Source of the DNA: an uncultured Eubacteriales bacterium
GTDB taxonomy: Bacteria > Bacillota > Clostridia > Christensenellales > UBA1242
Assembly (NCBI GenBank): GCA_900557645.1
Contig: USSZ01000001.1
Span: forward strand, 1-52,181
Direction: 5' to 3'
Length of the DNA: 52,181 bases
Part shown: positions 17,033 to 25,577 of the stretch, in pieces
Layout: every line of letters starts with the position of its first letter
Position numbering within the stretch: the stretch's first letter is position 1
The notes under the pieces: model-generated
Seen by the model: only the letters and a program-made list of their open reading frames with translations
Databases searched by the model: none
Told to the model about the DNA's origin: nothing
Position numbers and translations under genes: made by a program

Positions 17033-17060
17033 ATTATACATAAAAAAAATGTTTTGTCAA
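17033..17060 (-). promoter_or_regulatory. sigmaA promoter of rplJL
   Basis: On the minus strand, TTGACA-16-TATAAT. Confidence 0.5.
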
Positions 17061-17105
17061 CTTTTTTTGAAAAATAAAAAATAAAATTTTAGTTTTTTGA
17101 TTTTA

Positions 17106-17134
17106 TTGACTAATTTTATTTATTTTGTTATATT
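17106..17134 (+). promoter_or_regulatory. sigmaA-type promoter of leuS
   Basis: TTGACT-17-TATATT. Confidence 0.4.
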
Positions 17135-17246
17135 ATATCTAATTTGATAATGCAATTTTTCTAAAATTAATATTAAGTTAGAGATAATTAATTTTTTATA
17201 ATTTTATGAATTAAAAAACATTAGAAATATTGAAAGAGGGTTAATT

Positions 17247-19658
17247 ATGGAATTTAGAGAAATAGAAAAAAAATGGCAAGATATTTGGGAAAAGGAAAAA
17301 AGATTTGAAGTCCAAAATCACTGCGAAGGCAAAAAAAATGCCTATGTATTAATTGAATTTCCATATCCTAGTGGAAAAGGTCTTCATACAGGGCACGTGC
17401 GAAGTTATTCTGCAATGGACGCTGTTGCAAGAAAGAAAAGACTTGAAGGATATAATGTATTATTTCCTATGGGGTGTGATGCTTTTGGACTTGAAGCAGA
17501 AAGAACAGCAATTAAAGAGAAAAAGCCTCCTCAAGAAATTGTAGCAAGAAACATTGCGACATTTAAAGAACAACTTAAAAGTGTTGGCTTAAGTATTGAT
17601 TGGTCAAGGGCAGTAAACACTTGCGATCCTGATTATTATAAATGGACTCAATGGTTATTTTTGCAATTCTATAAACATGGGCTTGCTGAAAAGCGATATG
17701 CAAATGTTAACTGGTGTCCTAATTGTGGCGTTCTTGCAAATGAGGAAGTAGAAGATGGAAAATGTTGTCAATGCCATGCAGAAGTCATACAAAAACCAAA
17801 ATCTCAATGGATATTAAAAATAACAAAATATGCAGAAAGATTAAATGATGACCTTGACCAAACAGAATATATGGAACATATTAAACTTGGTCAAAAACAT
17901 TGGATAGGTAAAAGTGAGGGTGTTCAGGTTAAATTTAAGATTGTGCAAGGTGGAGAATTTGAGATTTATACGACTTGTATTGAAACTATTTATGGTATAA
18001 CCTTTATGGTTTTAGCACCAGAACATCCTTTAATAAAACAAAATAAAGATAAAATTAAAAATTGGAACGAAGTTGAGGCATATATAAAACAAGCAAGCAA
18101 GAAAAGTGAATTTGAAAGGGCAGAACTTACAAAGACAAAAACAGGTTGCAAAGTTGAAGGTTTGACTTGTATAAATCCAGTTAATGGAAAGGAAGTGCCA
18201 ATATTTATAGGTGATTTTGTTCTTGTAAATTATGGAACGGGTGCTGTAATGGCTGTTCCTAGTCATGATCAAAGAGATTTTGAGTATGCAGTTGCACATA
18301 ATATCCCAATGATTCAAGTAATTGATGGAAAAGATGTTTCAAAAGAAGCATTTGAAAAACAAGATTATTTAGGCAAAGGTTGCAAACTTATAAATTCAGA
18401 GGAATTTTCTGGACTTACTGTAGAAGAAGCAAAAATTGCAATTACTGACAAACTTGTAAAAATGGGAATTGCAAAAAGACAAGTCAATTTTAGAATGCAG
18501 GATTGGGTTTTCTCAAGACAAAGATATTGGGGAGAGCCAATTCCAATGATAAATTGTCCAAAATGTGGTTGGGTTCCAGTTCCTGAAAATGAATTGCCTG
18601 TTACTTTGCCAGAAGTTCAAAGTTATGAACCTACAAAAGATGGTGAAAGTCCTTTAAGTCTAATTGATGAATGGGTGAATGTTAAATGTCCTTGTTGTGG
18701 TGCAGATGCTAAACGTGAAACAGATACCATGCCAGGTTGGGCAGGTTCAAGTTGGTATTTTATGAGATATTGCGACCCTCATAATGATAAAGAATTTGCA
18801 TCGTTTGATGCCTTAAAATCATGGCTTCCTGTTGATTTATATAATGGAGGAAACGAACATACAAATAGACATCTTTTATATGCAAGATTTTGGAATAAAT
18901 TTTTATACGATATAGGTTTATCTCCAGTTAACGAACCATTTAAATCAAGAGTATCACAAGGAATTGTTCTTGGTTCTAATGGTGTTAAAATGAGCAAAAG
19001 TTTAGGAAATGTTGTTGACCCAAGAGATGTTATAAAAGAGTATGGGGCAGATTCATTAAGAATATGGGAATCATTTATGGGAGATTACTTTTCTGATGTA
19101 AATTGGAGTGATGAAGGGGTAAAAAGTGCAAATAAATTCGTAAATAGAGTTGTTGTAATAAAAGACTTTTTAACAGATGGAGATAAAGTATCAGATGAAC
19201 TTTCTTATGTTATAAATTCTACAATTAAAAAAGTAAGCGAAGATATTGATAAAATAAAATTTAATACAGCGATTTCTCAACTTATGATTTGTGTAAATGA
19301 AATATATAAAGTCAAAAAAATAAATCATGCTGAATACAAAATATTGCTAACTCTTTTAAATCCTTTTGCTCCACATATTACAGAAGAGATGTGGGTTAGA
19401 TGTGGTTTTGGAAAAGATATCACAAATGCTGTTTGGCCAACTTATGATGAAAACAAACTTGTGCAATCTGTTGTAGAAATTGCTGTTCAGGTAAACAGCA
19501 AGATAATAGCAAGAGTAAATATTAACCCAACTCTTTCTCAACAAGAAATTTTAAATATGATAAAAATAAATGATGTTGTTGCAAATACAATAAAAGGAAA
19601 AAGTATTGTAAAAGAAATTTATGTTCCTAATAGAATAGTAAATTTTATTGTAAAGTAA
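17247..19658 (+). CDS. leuS: leucine--tRNA ligase
   Basis: 803 aa. It has the HIGH-type motif (GKGLHTGHVRSY) and KMSKS, plus the LeuRS CP1/zinc regions (WCPNCGVL, CPKCG...CPCCG). Confidence 0.95.
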   Translation: MEFREIEKKWQDIWEKEKRFEVQNHCEGKKNAYVLIEFPYPSGKGLHTGHVRSYSAMDAVARKKRLEGYNVLFPMGCDAFGLEAERTAIKEKKPPQEIVARNIATFKEQLKSVGLSIDWSRAVNTCDPDYYKWTQWLFLQFYKHGLAEKRYANVNWCPNCGVLANEEVEDGKCCQCHAEVIQKPKSQWILKITKYAERLNDDLDQTEYMEHIKLGQKHWIGKSEGVQVKFKIVQGGEFEIYTTCIETIYGITFMVLAPEHPLIKQNKDKIKNWNEVEAYIKQASKKSEFERAELTKTKTGCKVEGLTCINPVNGKEVPIFIGDFVLVNYGTGAVMAVPSHDQRDFEYAVAHNIPMIQVIDGKDVSKEAFEKQDYLGKGCKLINSEEFSGLTVEEAKIAITDKLVKMGIAKRQVNFRMQDWVFSRQRYWGEPIPMINCPKCGWVPVPENELPVTLPEVQSYEPTKDGESPLSLIDEWVNVKCPCCGADAKRETDTMPGWAGSSWYFMRYCDPHNDKEFASFDALKSWLPVDLYNGGNEHTNRHLLYARFWNKFLYDIGLSPVNEPFKSRVSQGIVLGSNGVKMSKSLGNVVDPRDVIKEYGADSLRIWESFMGDYFSDVNWSDEGVKSANKFVNRVVVIKDFLTDGDKVSDELSYVINSTIKKVSEDIDKIKFNTAISQLMICVNEIYKVKKINHAEYKILLTLLNPFAPHITEEMWVRCGFGKDITNAVWPTYDENKLVQSVVEIAVQVNSKIIARVNINPTLSQQEILNMIKINDVVANTIKGKSIVKEIYVPNRIVNFIVK

Positions 19659-19688
19659 AATAAAATATTTCATAGTAAATTAAAAATA

Positions 19689-19723
19689 AAAACTGCTCTT
19701 AATTTAGCAAGGGCAGTTTTTTA
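19689..19723 (+). terminator. terminator after leuS
   Basis: AACTGCTC...GGGCAGTT stem followed by TTTTTT. Confidence 0.7.
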
Positions 19724-19726
19724 ATT

Positions 19727-19764
19727 AAAAAGAACCACTTTTAGAAAGGGTGGTTCTTTTTTTG
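19727..19764. terminator. second, bidirectional terminator (serves the convergent minus-strand gene)
   Basis: AGAACCAC-N11-GTGGTTCT flanked by AAAA and TTTTTTT. Confidence 0.7.
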
Positions 19765-19773
19765 ATTAATTTA

Positions 19774-20619
19774 TTATTTATTTGAGTCATTATCTTCTGA
19801 ATCAATCTTTTTTCTTAGGCTATCTAAAAATTCTTGAAATTCTTTATCATCGTCATCATCTGTATCATCATTATCTTCAGAAACTTCTGTTGAAACATTT
19901 TCATCAGATTTTTCATCTGTCTCGTTAGTTTCTTTATTGATATCTTCTTCTGTTGTTTCAACTATATCATCATTATTTTCATCTTGTTTTGCAACATCTT
20001 CAGTATCTTCTGTTTCAGAATTGTCATCTTCTTCTGATGCTTCATTATTTTCAGCAATTTCTTCTTTATCATCGACTTCAGTTTCTTCAGTATTTAATTC
20101 TTTAGAAATATTTTCAGTTTCTTTTTCTTCAACAACTTCTTCACTATCAACAACATTGTCTGTTTCAGTGTTTTCAATTTCTTTTTTTGTTGCATCTGTA
20201 AGCAATAATGTTTCGCCTTGAACAGGTGCTTCTTCATTTTCATCGCCGATTGTTTCTAAAGAATCATCAACAGGTTCTTCATCTTCCTCTTCTTCAATGA
20301 ATTTATCTTTATTTTTGTTGTAAAGTGCTTTTGCAATTAAAATTATCATACAGCAAATGAAAAGTGCAATTAAAATTGAAATGATAATATTTAATACTTC
20401 ATCTTTTCTGAAACCATCTAAGAAACTGAAAATTAAGAATAACCAAGCAATCATAGCAAGGAATGGTGCAACAAGTGCCATTGAGATTGCTTTTACAAAA
20501 GAATTAAATTTTTTTGCGTATTTAAAAGCCAAGAAAGTTGTTGCTACAGCAATGATAGAAAAAACAATTCCTAAAATTAATGCTGCAATTTGAGATGATG
20601 TCATATATTCAAAATTCAT
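19774..20619 (-). CDS. membrane protein (3 TM) with ~170-aa highly acidic low-complexity tail
   Basis: RBS GGAGGGG. The N-terminal TM helices are followed by a D/E/N/T-rich tail (EEEEDEEPVDD...DDTDDDDDKEF). Confidence 0.6.
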   Translation of the reverse strand: MNFEYMTSSQIAALILGIVFSIIAVATTFLAFKYAKKFNSFVKAISMALVAPFLAMIAWLFLIFSFLDGFRKDEVLNIIISILIALFICCMIILIAKALYNKNKDKFIEEEEDEEPVDDSLETIGDENEEAPVQGETLLLTDATKKEIENTETDNVVDSEEVVEEKETENISKELNTEETEVDDKEEIAENNEASEEDDNSETEDTEDVAKQDENNDDIVETTEEDINKETNETDEKSDENVSTEVSEDNDDTDDDDDKEFQEFLDSLRKKIDSEDNDSNK

Positions 20620-20740
20620 AACCCCTCCAATTAACTATCAATAGGATATCACATTTATATAATTTTGTCAATATTGTTTTTCTTTTTATTAGAAAAAATG
20701 TTTTGAAAATTAGTTGTTTTTGACTATACTATAATTAGAA

Positions 20741-21661
20741 ATGAAAATAAAGAATAATAAAATATTAATTATAGTATTATCAGTAGTTGTAGGAATTCTA
20801 GCATTAGGAGGAATTGTTACAGCATTTATTTTAAATTATAATGTTTTTTCACCTGAAAAAGTAGAAATTCTTGATGATGGACATAATATTTATATTTCAA
20901 CAACAGCGAATGATAATTATAAAGCATATCGTTTTAAATTTGTTGATAGTCAAAATAATGAAATTATAGTTGATAGTGAAAATAATATTATGTCTTTGTC
21001 AGAACTTATTGAAGAAGGTGTTAAAATAGGAGAAACATATATAGTTTCAACTTGCTATTTAAGTGATAATGATGGCAACAATAGTCAGTATAGCAAAGAA
21101 ATATCATGGGATGTTTACACATATTTAGATTCTCCAATTTTAAATTACGATGAAGAAAAAGGAAGTTTGTCTTGGTCGCAAGTTGATAATGCAGATTATT
21201 ATAAGGTTTTTTATAATAATGAAAACGATATTATATCATATCAAACAACAGAATTCACGCTTGACCTTCAAACAATTAATGGTGGCCAAAGAGAATTTTA
21301 TGTAGTTGCTTATTCAAATAACAAAAGTTACAAACAAAGCAACAAATCAAATGCCCAACAAATTAAAGTAATTCATAAGTTAAAAGAATTTTCAAAAATT
21401 ACATTTGATAGTCAATCAAAAATACTTTCAATCTATGGAGAAGAAGAACTTGAAAAGTTTTATGTATATATTGATGGTAGTAGTTATGAGATAATTGATT
21501 TTGATGTTGAATATGTAACTCAAACAGATCAATATATATTTACAGTTGATATTTCATTAATTTATAATAATAGCAGTAATATTGGAGCATCGCCAATGAG
21601 TATAGATGAATATAATATTTTTGATGGTAATATTACCTATGTTGATTTAGAAACGGAATAA
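20741..21661 (+). CDS. membrane-anchored protein with Fn3-like repeats, unknown function
   Basis: It has an N-terminal TM anchor. LSWSQVDNADYYKVFY resembles Fn3 W..V..A..Y.V. There is no SD sequence, and the promoter abuts the ATG. Confidence 0.5.
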   Translation: MKIKNNKILIIVLSVVVGILALGGIVTAFILNYNVFSPEKVEILDDGHNIYISTTANDNYKAYRFKFVDSQNNEIIVDSENNIMSLSELIEEGVKIGETYIVSTCYLSDNDGNNSQYSKEISWDVYTYLDSPILNYDEEKGSLSWSQVDNADYYKVFYNNENDIISYQTTEFTLDLQTINGGQREFYVVAYSNNKSYKQSNKSNAQQIKVIHKLKEFSKITFDSQSKILSIYGEEELEKFYVYIDGSSYEIIDFDVEYVTQTDQYIFTVDISLIYNNSSNIGASPMSIDEYNIFDGNITYVDLETE

Positions 21662-21667
21662 AAAAAT

Positions 21668-21697
21668 TAATAAAATTAAAATTATTAAGACATACTA
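21668..21697 (+). promoter_or_regulatory. candidate forespore (sigmaG-type) promoter of the ger operon
   Basis: TAATA-18-CATACTA compares with the sigmaG consensus GHATR-17/18-CATXHTA. In B. subtilis the gerA operons are sigmaG-dependent. Confidence 0.3.
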
Positions 21698-21717
21698 AAA
21701 AATAAAAGGAAAATAGT

Positions 21718-23142
21718 ATGTCTTTTTTTAATGTTAGTAAAAAAATTAAAGAAATAAAAACTACTTTAAATGAAAGTAGTGATTTTGCATATAGATTTTT
21801 TAAAAAAGATGGACAAGTGGTAGGAATGGTCTATTTAAAAAGCATTATTGACCAAAATTTATTATCAAGTGCTATTTATTTCCCATTGCAAACATTTGAT
21901 GATAAATTATCAATAAGAATTTTAAAAGAGAAGATAATCAAATGCTCTGATATTAAATCAATTAAAGAACAAGATATAATAAAAGAAATATTAGATGGAC
22001 GTGTCATAATAATCACAAATTTTTCTGAAGAATGTATTTCAGTAGATTTGTTCAAATTTCCAACTAGGACACCAACAGAGCCTCCAACATCGCCAGTCAT
22101 TCAAGGGCCTAGAGAAGGATTTGTAGAAGATATGCAGACCAATATTACTCTTTTAAGGAGAAGATTAAAAACTGAAAATTTAGTTCTTACAACATTGAGG
22201 GTTGGTTCGCAAACGCAGACGAAAGTTGTAATTGCATATTTGAATGGTATAGCAAATAAAAGAATTATTCATCATGTAACAAAGAAAATTCAAGAAATTA
22301 AGATTGATGGAATCGTTGATTCTTATTACATATTAGAATTTTTGCAAGAAAGACCAAACTCTCTTTTCAAACAGATAGGTAATACTGAAAAGCCAGATAT
22401 TGTTACTGCGAAGTTATTGGAAGGGAAGGTGGCGATTATTGTAGATAATTCTCCTATTGTTTTAACAGTTCCATTTGTCCTTATTGAAGATTTGCAAAAT
22501 AGTAATGATTATTATACAAATCATCATTATTCGAGTATTGTGAGAGTTATTAGATTATTAGGTCTTTTAATTGCTTTGGTTGCCCCTGGAGTTTATTTAG
22601 CATTGCAGATATATCATTATAATATATTACCTTTAAATTTCTTGATAACCATAGCAGATACAACGCAAGGTCTTCCTTTCACTCCTTTCTTGGAAATTTT
22701 ATTTATATTCTTATTATTCCAAATTCTTTATGAAGTCAGCCTGCGTCTTCCAAGTTATTTAGGTCTTGCAACATCTGTGGTAGGTGCGTTAATTTTGGGG
22801 GATACAGGAGTTAAAGCAGGGTTAATTTCTCCACCTGGTGTAATTATAGTGGCATTATCTAAAATTGCATTATATACAATTCCAGAACAATCATCACAAG
22901 TTACAGTATTGCAAATTATTTTTATAATTTTAGGGGGTTCATTAGGACTTGTAGGAATGATTGCAGGGTTTGTCTATTTACTTAATTATTTAAATACTAT
23001 TGATAGTTATGGGACTCCTTATTTAGCACCTTATGGTCCACGAATACCTGAAGATTTGAAAGATGGAATTTTGACAGAGCCTATACCATATATGAAAGAA
23101 CGACCTAAATCATTTTCCCCAGAGAAAAAGGAGAAACTATGA
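21718..23142 (+). CDS. spore germinant receptor subunit A (GerA/GerKA family)
   Basis: The N-terminal soluble domain plus C-terminal 4-5 TM segments match the GerA family layout (...VYLKSIIDQNLL..., PTEPPTSPVIQGPREGFVE, GKVAIIVDNSPIVLTVPF). It is the first gene of an ABC set with ATGA overlap. Confidence 0.85.
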   Translation: MSFFNVSKKIKEIKTTLNESSDFAYRFFKKDGQVVGMVYLKSIIDQNLLSSAIYFPLQTFDDKLSIRILKEKIIKCSDIKSIKEQDIIKEILDGRVIIITNFSEECISVDLFKFPTRTPTEPPTSPVIQGPREGFVEDMQTNITLLRRRLKTENLVLTTLRVGSQTQTKVVIAYLNGIANKRIIHHVTKKIQEIKIDGIVDSYYILEFLQERPNSLFKQIGNTEKPDIVTAKLLEGKVAIIVDNSPIVLTVPFVLIEDLQNSNDYYTNHHYSSIVRVIRLLGLLIALVAPGVYLALQIYHYNILPLNFLITIADTTQGLPFTPFLEILFIFLLFQILYEVSLRLPSYLGLATSVVGALILGDTGVKAGLISPPGVIIVALSKIALYTIPEQSSQVTVLQIIFIILGGSLGLVGMIAGFVYLLNYLNTIDSYGTPYLAPYGPRIPEDLKDGILTEPIPYMKERPKSFSPEKKEKL

Positions 23143-24230
23143 CAAAGCAAAGTGTTAGTGTAAAACAAGCATGTATTTTGATTTTAATGTGCATTTTTGC
23201 TAATAAAATTTTGCTTTTGCCATCTTTAATGTTTGAAGAGGCAAAAGCAGATGCTTTTTTTGCTATTGTAATTTTATTTATCTTTGATATTTTAGTTTTG
23301 CCGATATTTATAAAATTAAAAACCCTTTATCCGGAACAAAAATTAAGTGAAATATTATCAAAAAAACTATCACCAATAGTTACCAAAATAATTTATTTAA
23401 TATTTGTGGTTTACTTTATTTTCAAATGTTTGTTAGTATTTAGTATAACTTATGTATATTTTAAGCAACAAATTTATCAAGATGAAATTATTTGGTTAAT
23501 CATAATATCAGGATTGCCTGTTATTAATCATGCAATTGTTTCTGGAGTTAGGGCATTTACTAGAACAATGGAGGTGTTAAAATGGGCTGTATTAGTTGGT
23601 TTTATTGCCTGCCTTGCTTTCTCTTTATTTACAGATTTATCTATGCCTTTCTTTTTTGTTAGCACTCCTAACGAGTTTTTTACTTCTATTTATTCACATA
23701 TATTCTCTTTTGGCGATTATATATTTCTTTTTATTATAATTGATAAAATACAAATTAAAAAAGGAGAAGAAAAGCAATTATATCTTTATTCTTTAATAGG
23801 AATGTTATTAATCCTTGCATTATTCTTTTTATTTTATGCTAAATATCAGGTAACTGCATTTATGCACAATAATGCACTTGCAGATATTCTTGTTTTTTCT
23901 GTTCAGTTTAATGCAATAGGAAGACTTGATATAATTGCAATGCTTACAATAATGTTTATAACCCTTTTTCAACTCGAAATTTATGCTTATGCGTTTTGTG
24001 ATTGTTTTTTAAATGTTTTTCCAAAATTAAGTAAAATCTATTCAGTTGTTGTATTTGATGTAATATTTGGAATTTTATATTATGTATTTATAGGAAAATA
24101 TGAAATTTTGGTTGGTTCATCTCAAGTTTGGTCGCCTTGGCTTGGGCTTTTTGTAAATTACATTTTTCCAGTTATATGTTTAATTATAATTCTAGTAACA
24201 AGGAGAAAAAAACATGAAAGAACAAGTTAA
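23139..24230 (+). CDS. spore germinant receptor subunit B (GerAB, spore permease / APC-like)
   Basis: A 10-TM polytopic protein, translationally coupled between the A and C subunits. Confidence 0.75.
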   Translation: MTKQSVSVKQACILILMCIFANKILLLPSLMFEEAKADAFFAIVILFIFDILVLPIFIKLKTLYPEQKLSEILSKKLSPIVTKIIYLIFVVYFIFKCLLVFSITYVYFKQQIYQDEIIWLIIISGLPVINHAIVSGVRAFTRTMEVLKWAVLVGFIACLAFSLFTDLSMPFFFVSTPNEFFTSIYSHIFSFGDYIFLFIIIDKIQIKKGEEKQLYLYSLIGMLLILALFFLFYAKYQVTAFMHNNALADILVFSVQFNAIGRLDIIAMLTIMFITLFQLEIYAYAFCDCFLNVFPKLSKIYSVVVFDVIFGILYYVFIGKYEILVGSSQVWSPWLGLFVNYIFPVICLIIILVTRRKKHERTS

Positions 24231-25464
24231 AAAATGGTGTAAACAACCTGTAATTATAGTTTTAATTATAATTCTTATATTTTTTACACCTCTTGCAATA
24301 TATTCTCCAGGCGAAAATAGGAATAGAGGAGTTGTTACTGCTATAGGAATTGATAAGACAAATGAAGAATATGAGATTTCCTTATTGACATTTATTCCAA
24401 CTCCTAATCAAACATATAAAGAATTGACTTCAATCATTACTGGGAGGGGAGAAACGGTTGCTGAAGCACTATATAAGGCACAAATTAGTATGGGAAGAAA
24501 AATAGGACTTGCACATGCAAAAACAACAGTTGTTAGTAAGGAATTGTTGCAAGAAGATGTTGCAAGTTATATAGATTATTTAAGTAGAGTTGCATCGCTT
24601 CCAGAGAATACAGTTTTTGTGTGTTCAAGCACGTCAGCAAAAGAACTTTTAGAGTCTTCACAAAGTTTGGAAGAAAAAATAGGCTTAAAACTTGAACAAC
24701 TTATAGGCTTTAATGCAAATAATATATATGTTACCGATACTTCACTTGAAGCCTTTTATAAGGGATATTATAAGAAGGTTAAGTCTTCAATAATCGGATA
24801 TTTAAAGGTAGAAGATGAAAAACAAGATTTACAAATGACATCAGACTCAGCAAAAGGTGGAGGACAGGGATCAACTGCAAATGCAGAAGGTAGTTCAAAT
24901 AATCAAGAAGAGTCAAAATCTAAAAAAACTATAATTAATGAAGGCGAAGCAGTATTACTTAAAGAAGGGAAAATGGTTGATTTGTTGACCATAGACGAAC
25001 TTAATGGAATAAATTTATTAAATAAAAAAGCATTAAATCAAATAATATCAATAAAAGATATTGAATTAAATGGACAAAAATTTGATTTAAGTTATAAAAT
25101 AAAAAATAAGAAGGTTTTAATAAACACAAAATTTGAAAACGATATTCCAATTTTTTCTGCTCAATTAATTTTAGGGCTAGAACTCGTTGAAGTAAAAGGT
25201 AATCATAAGACTGTTGTTATCAATACTGAGTTCAGTGAAATTACTGAAGAAGTTGAAAAAGCATTAGATAAAGAAATAAAAAAACAGTTTACGAATGCAC
25301 TAAAAGTTCTTCGTGAGAATAAAACAGATGTAATAAGCATAAATGAAAAATTTTTTAACGACAACAGAAAAGAATATAAAAAGTATATAGAAAAAATTGA
25401 GGATATAGACAATTTTATAAATTTTGTTAATTTTAAATTATCACTAATAATTCAACCTGACTAA
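24214..25464 (+). CDS. spore germinant receptor subunit C-like (Ger(x)C), lacking a lipobox cysteine
   Basis: It holds the third position of the operon. GVVTAIGIDK matches the GerC N-terminal motif (A.V.G.GID). It has an N-terminal TM segment but no L-x-x-C. Confidence 0.65.
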   Translation: MKEQVKKWCKQPVIIVLIIILIFFTPLAIYSPGENRNRGVVTAIGIDKTNEEYEISLLTFIPTPNQTYKELTSIITGRGETVAEALYKAQISMGRKIGLAHAKTTVVSKELLQEDVASYIDYLSRVASLPENTVFVCSSTSAKELLESSQSLEEKIGLKLEQLIGFNANNIYVTDTSLEAFYKGYYKKVKSSIIGYLKVEDEKQDLQMTSDSAKGGGQGSTANAEGSSNNQEESKSKKTIINEGEAVLLKEGKMVDLLTIDELNGINLLNKKALNQIISIKDIELNGQKFDLSYKIKNKKVLINTKFENDIPIFSAQLILGLELVEVKGNHKTVVINTEFSEITEEVEKALDKEIKKQFTNALKVLRENKTDVISINEKFFNDNRKEYKKYIEKIEDIDNFINFVNFKLSLIIQPD

Positions 25465-25577
25465 TTTTGTCAAAAGATAATTAAATTTTGTTAAATTGTT
25501 CAAAAATGTCCTTTGATTGGTTGTGTAAAAATTTTTTTTATGATACAATAACTTGTAGCATTTTTAAAGGAGGCATT

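Noticed and set aside
19937-20221. 94-aa Ser-rich plus-strand ORF
   Set aside because: It is the antisense shadow of the GAA/GAT-rich acidic tail of the 19774-20619 gene. It has no RBS or promoter.
25488-25577. Upstream 30 codons of the ftsH track ORF ([11 protein letters not shown]...)
   Set aside because: There is no RBS at 25488. AAGGAGG-N7-GTG at 25578 gives an N-terminus that leads straight into the first TM helix, as in other FtsH proteins.
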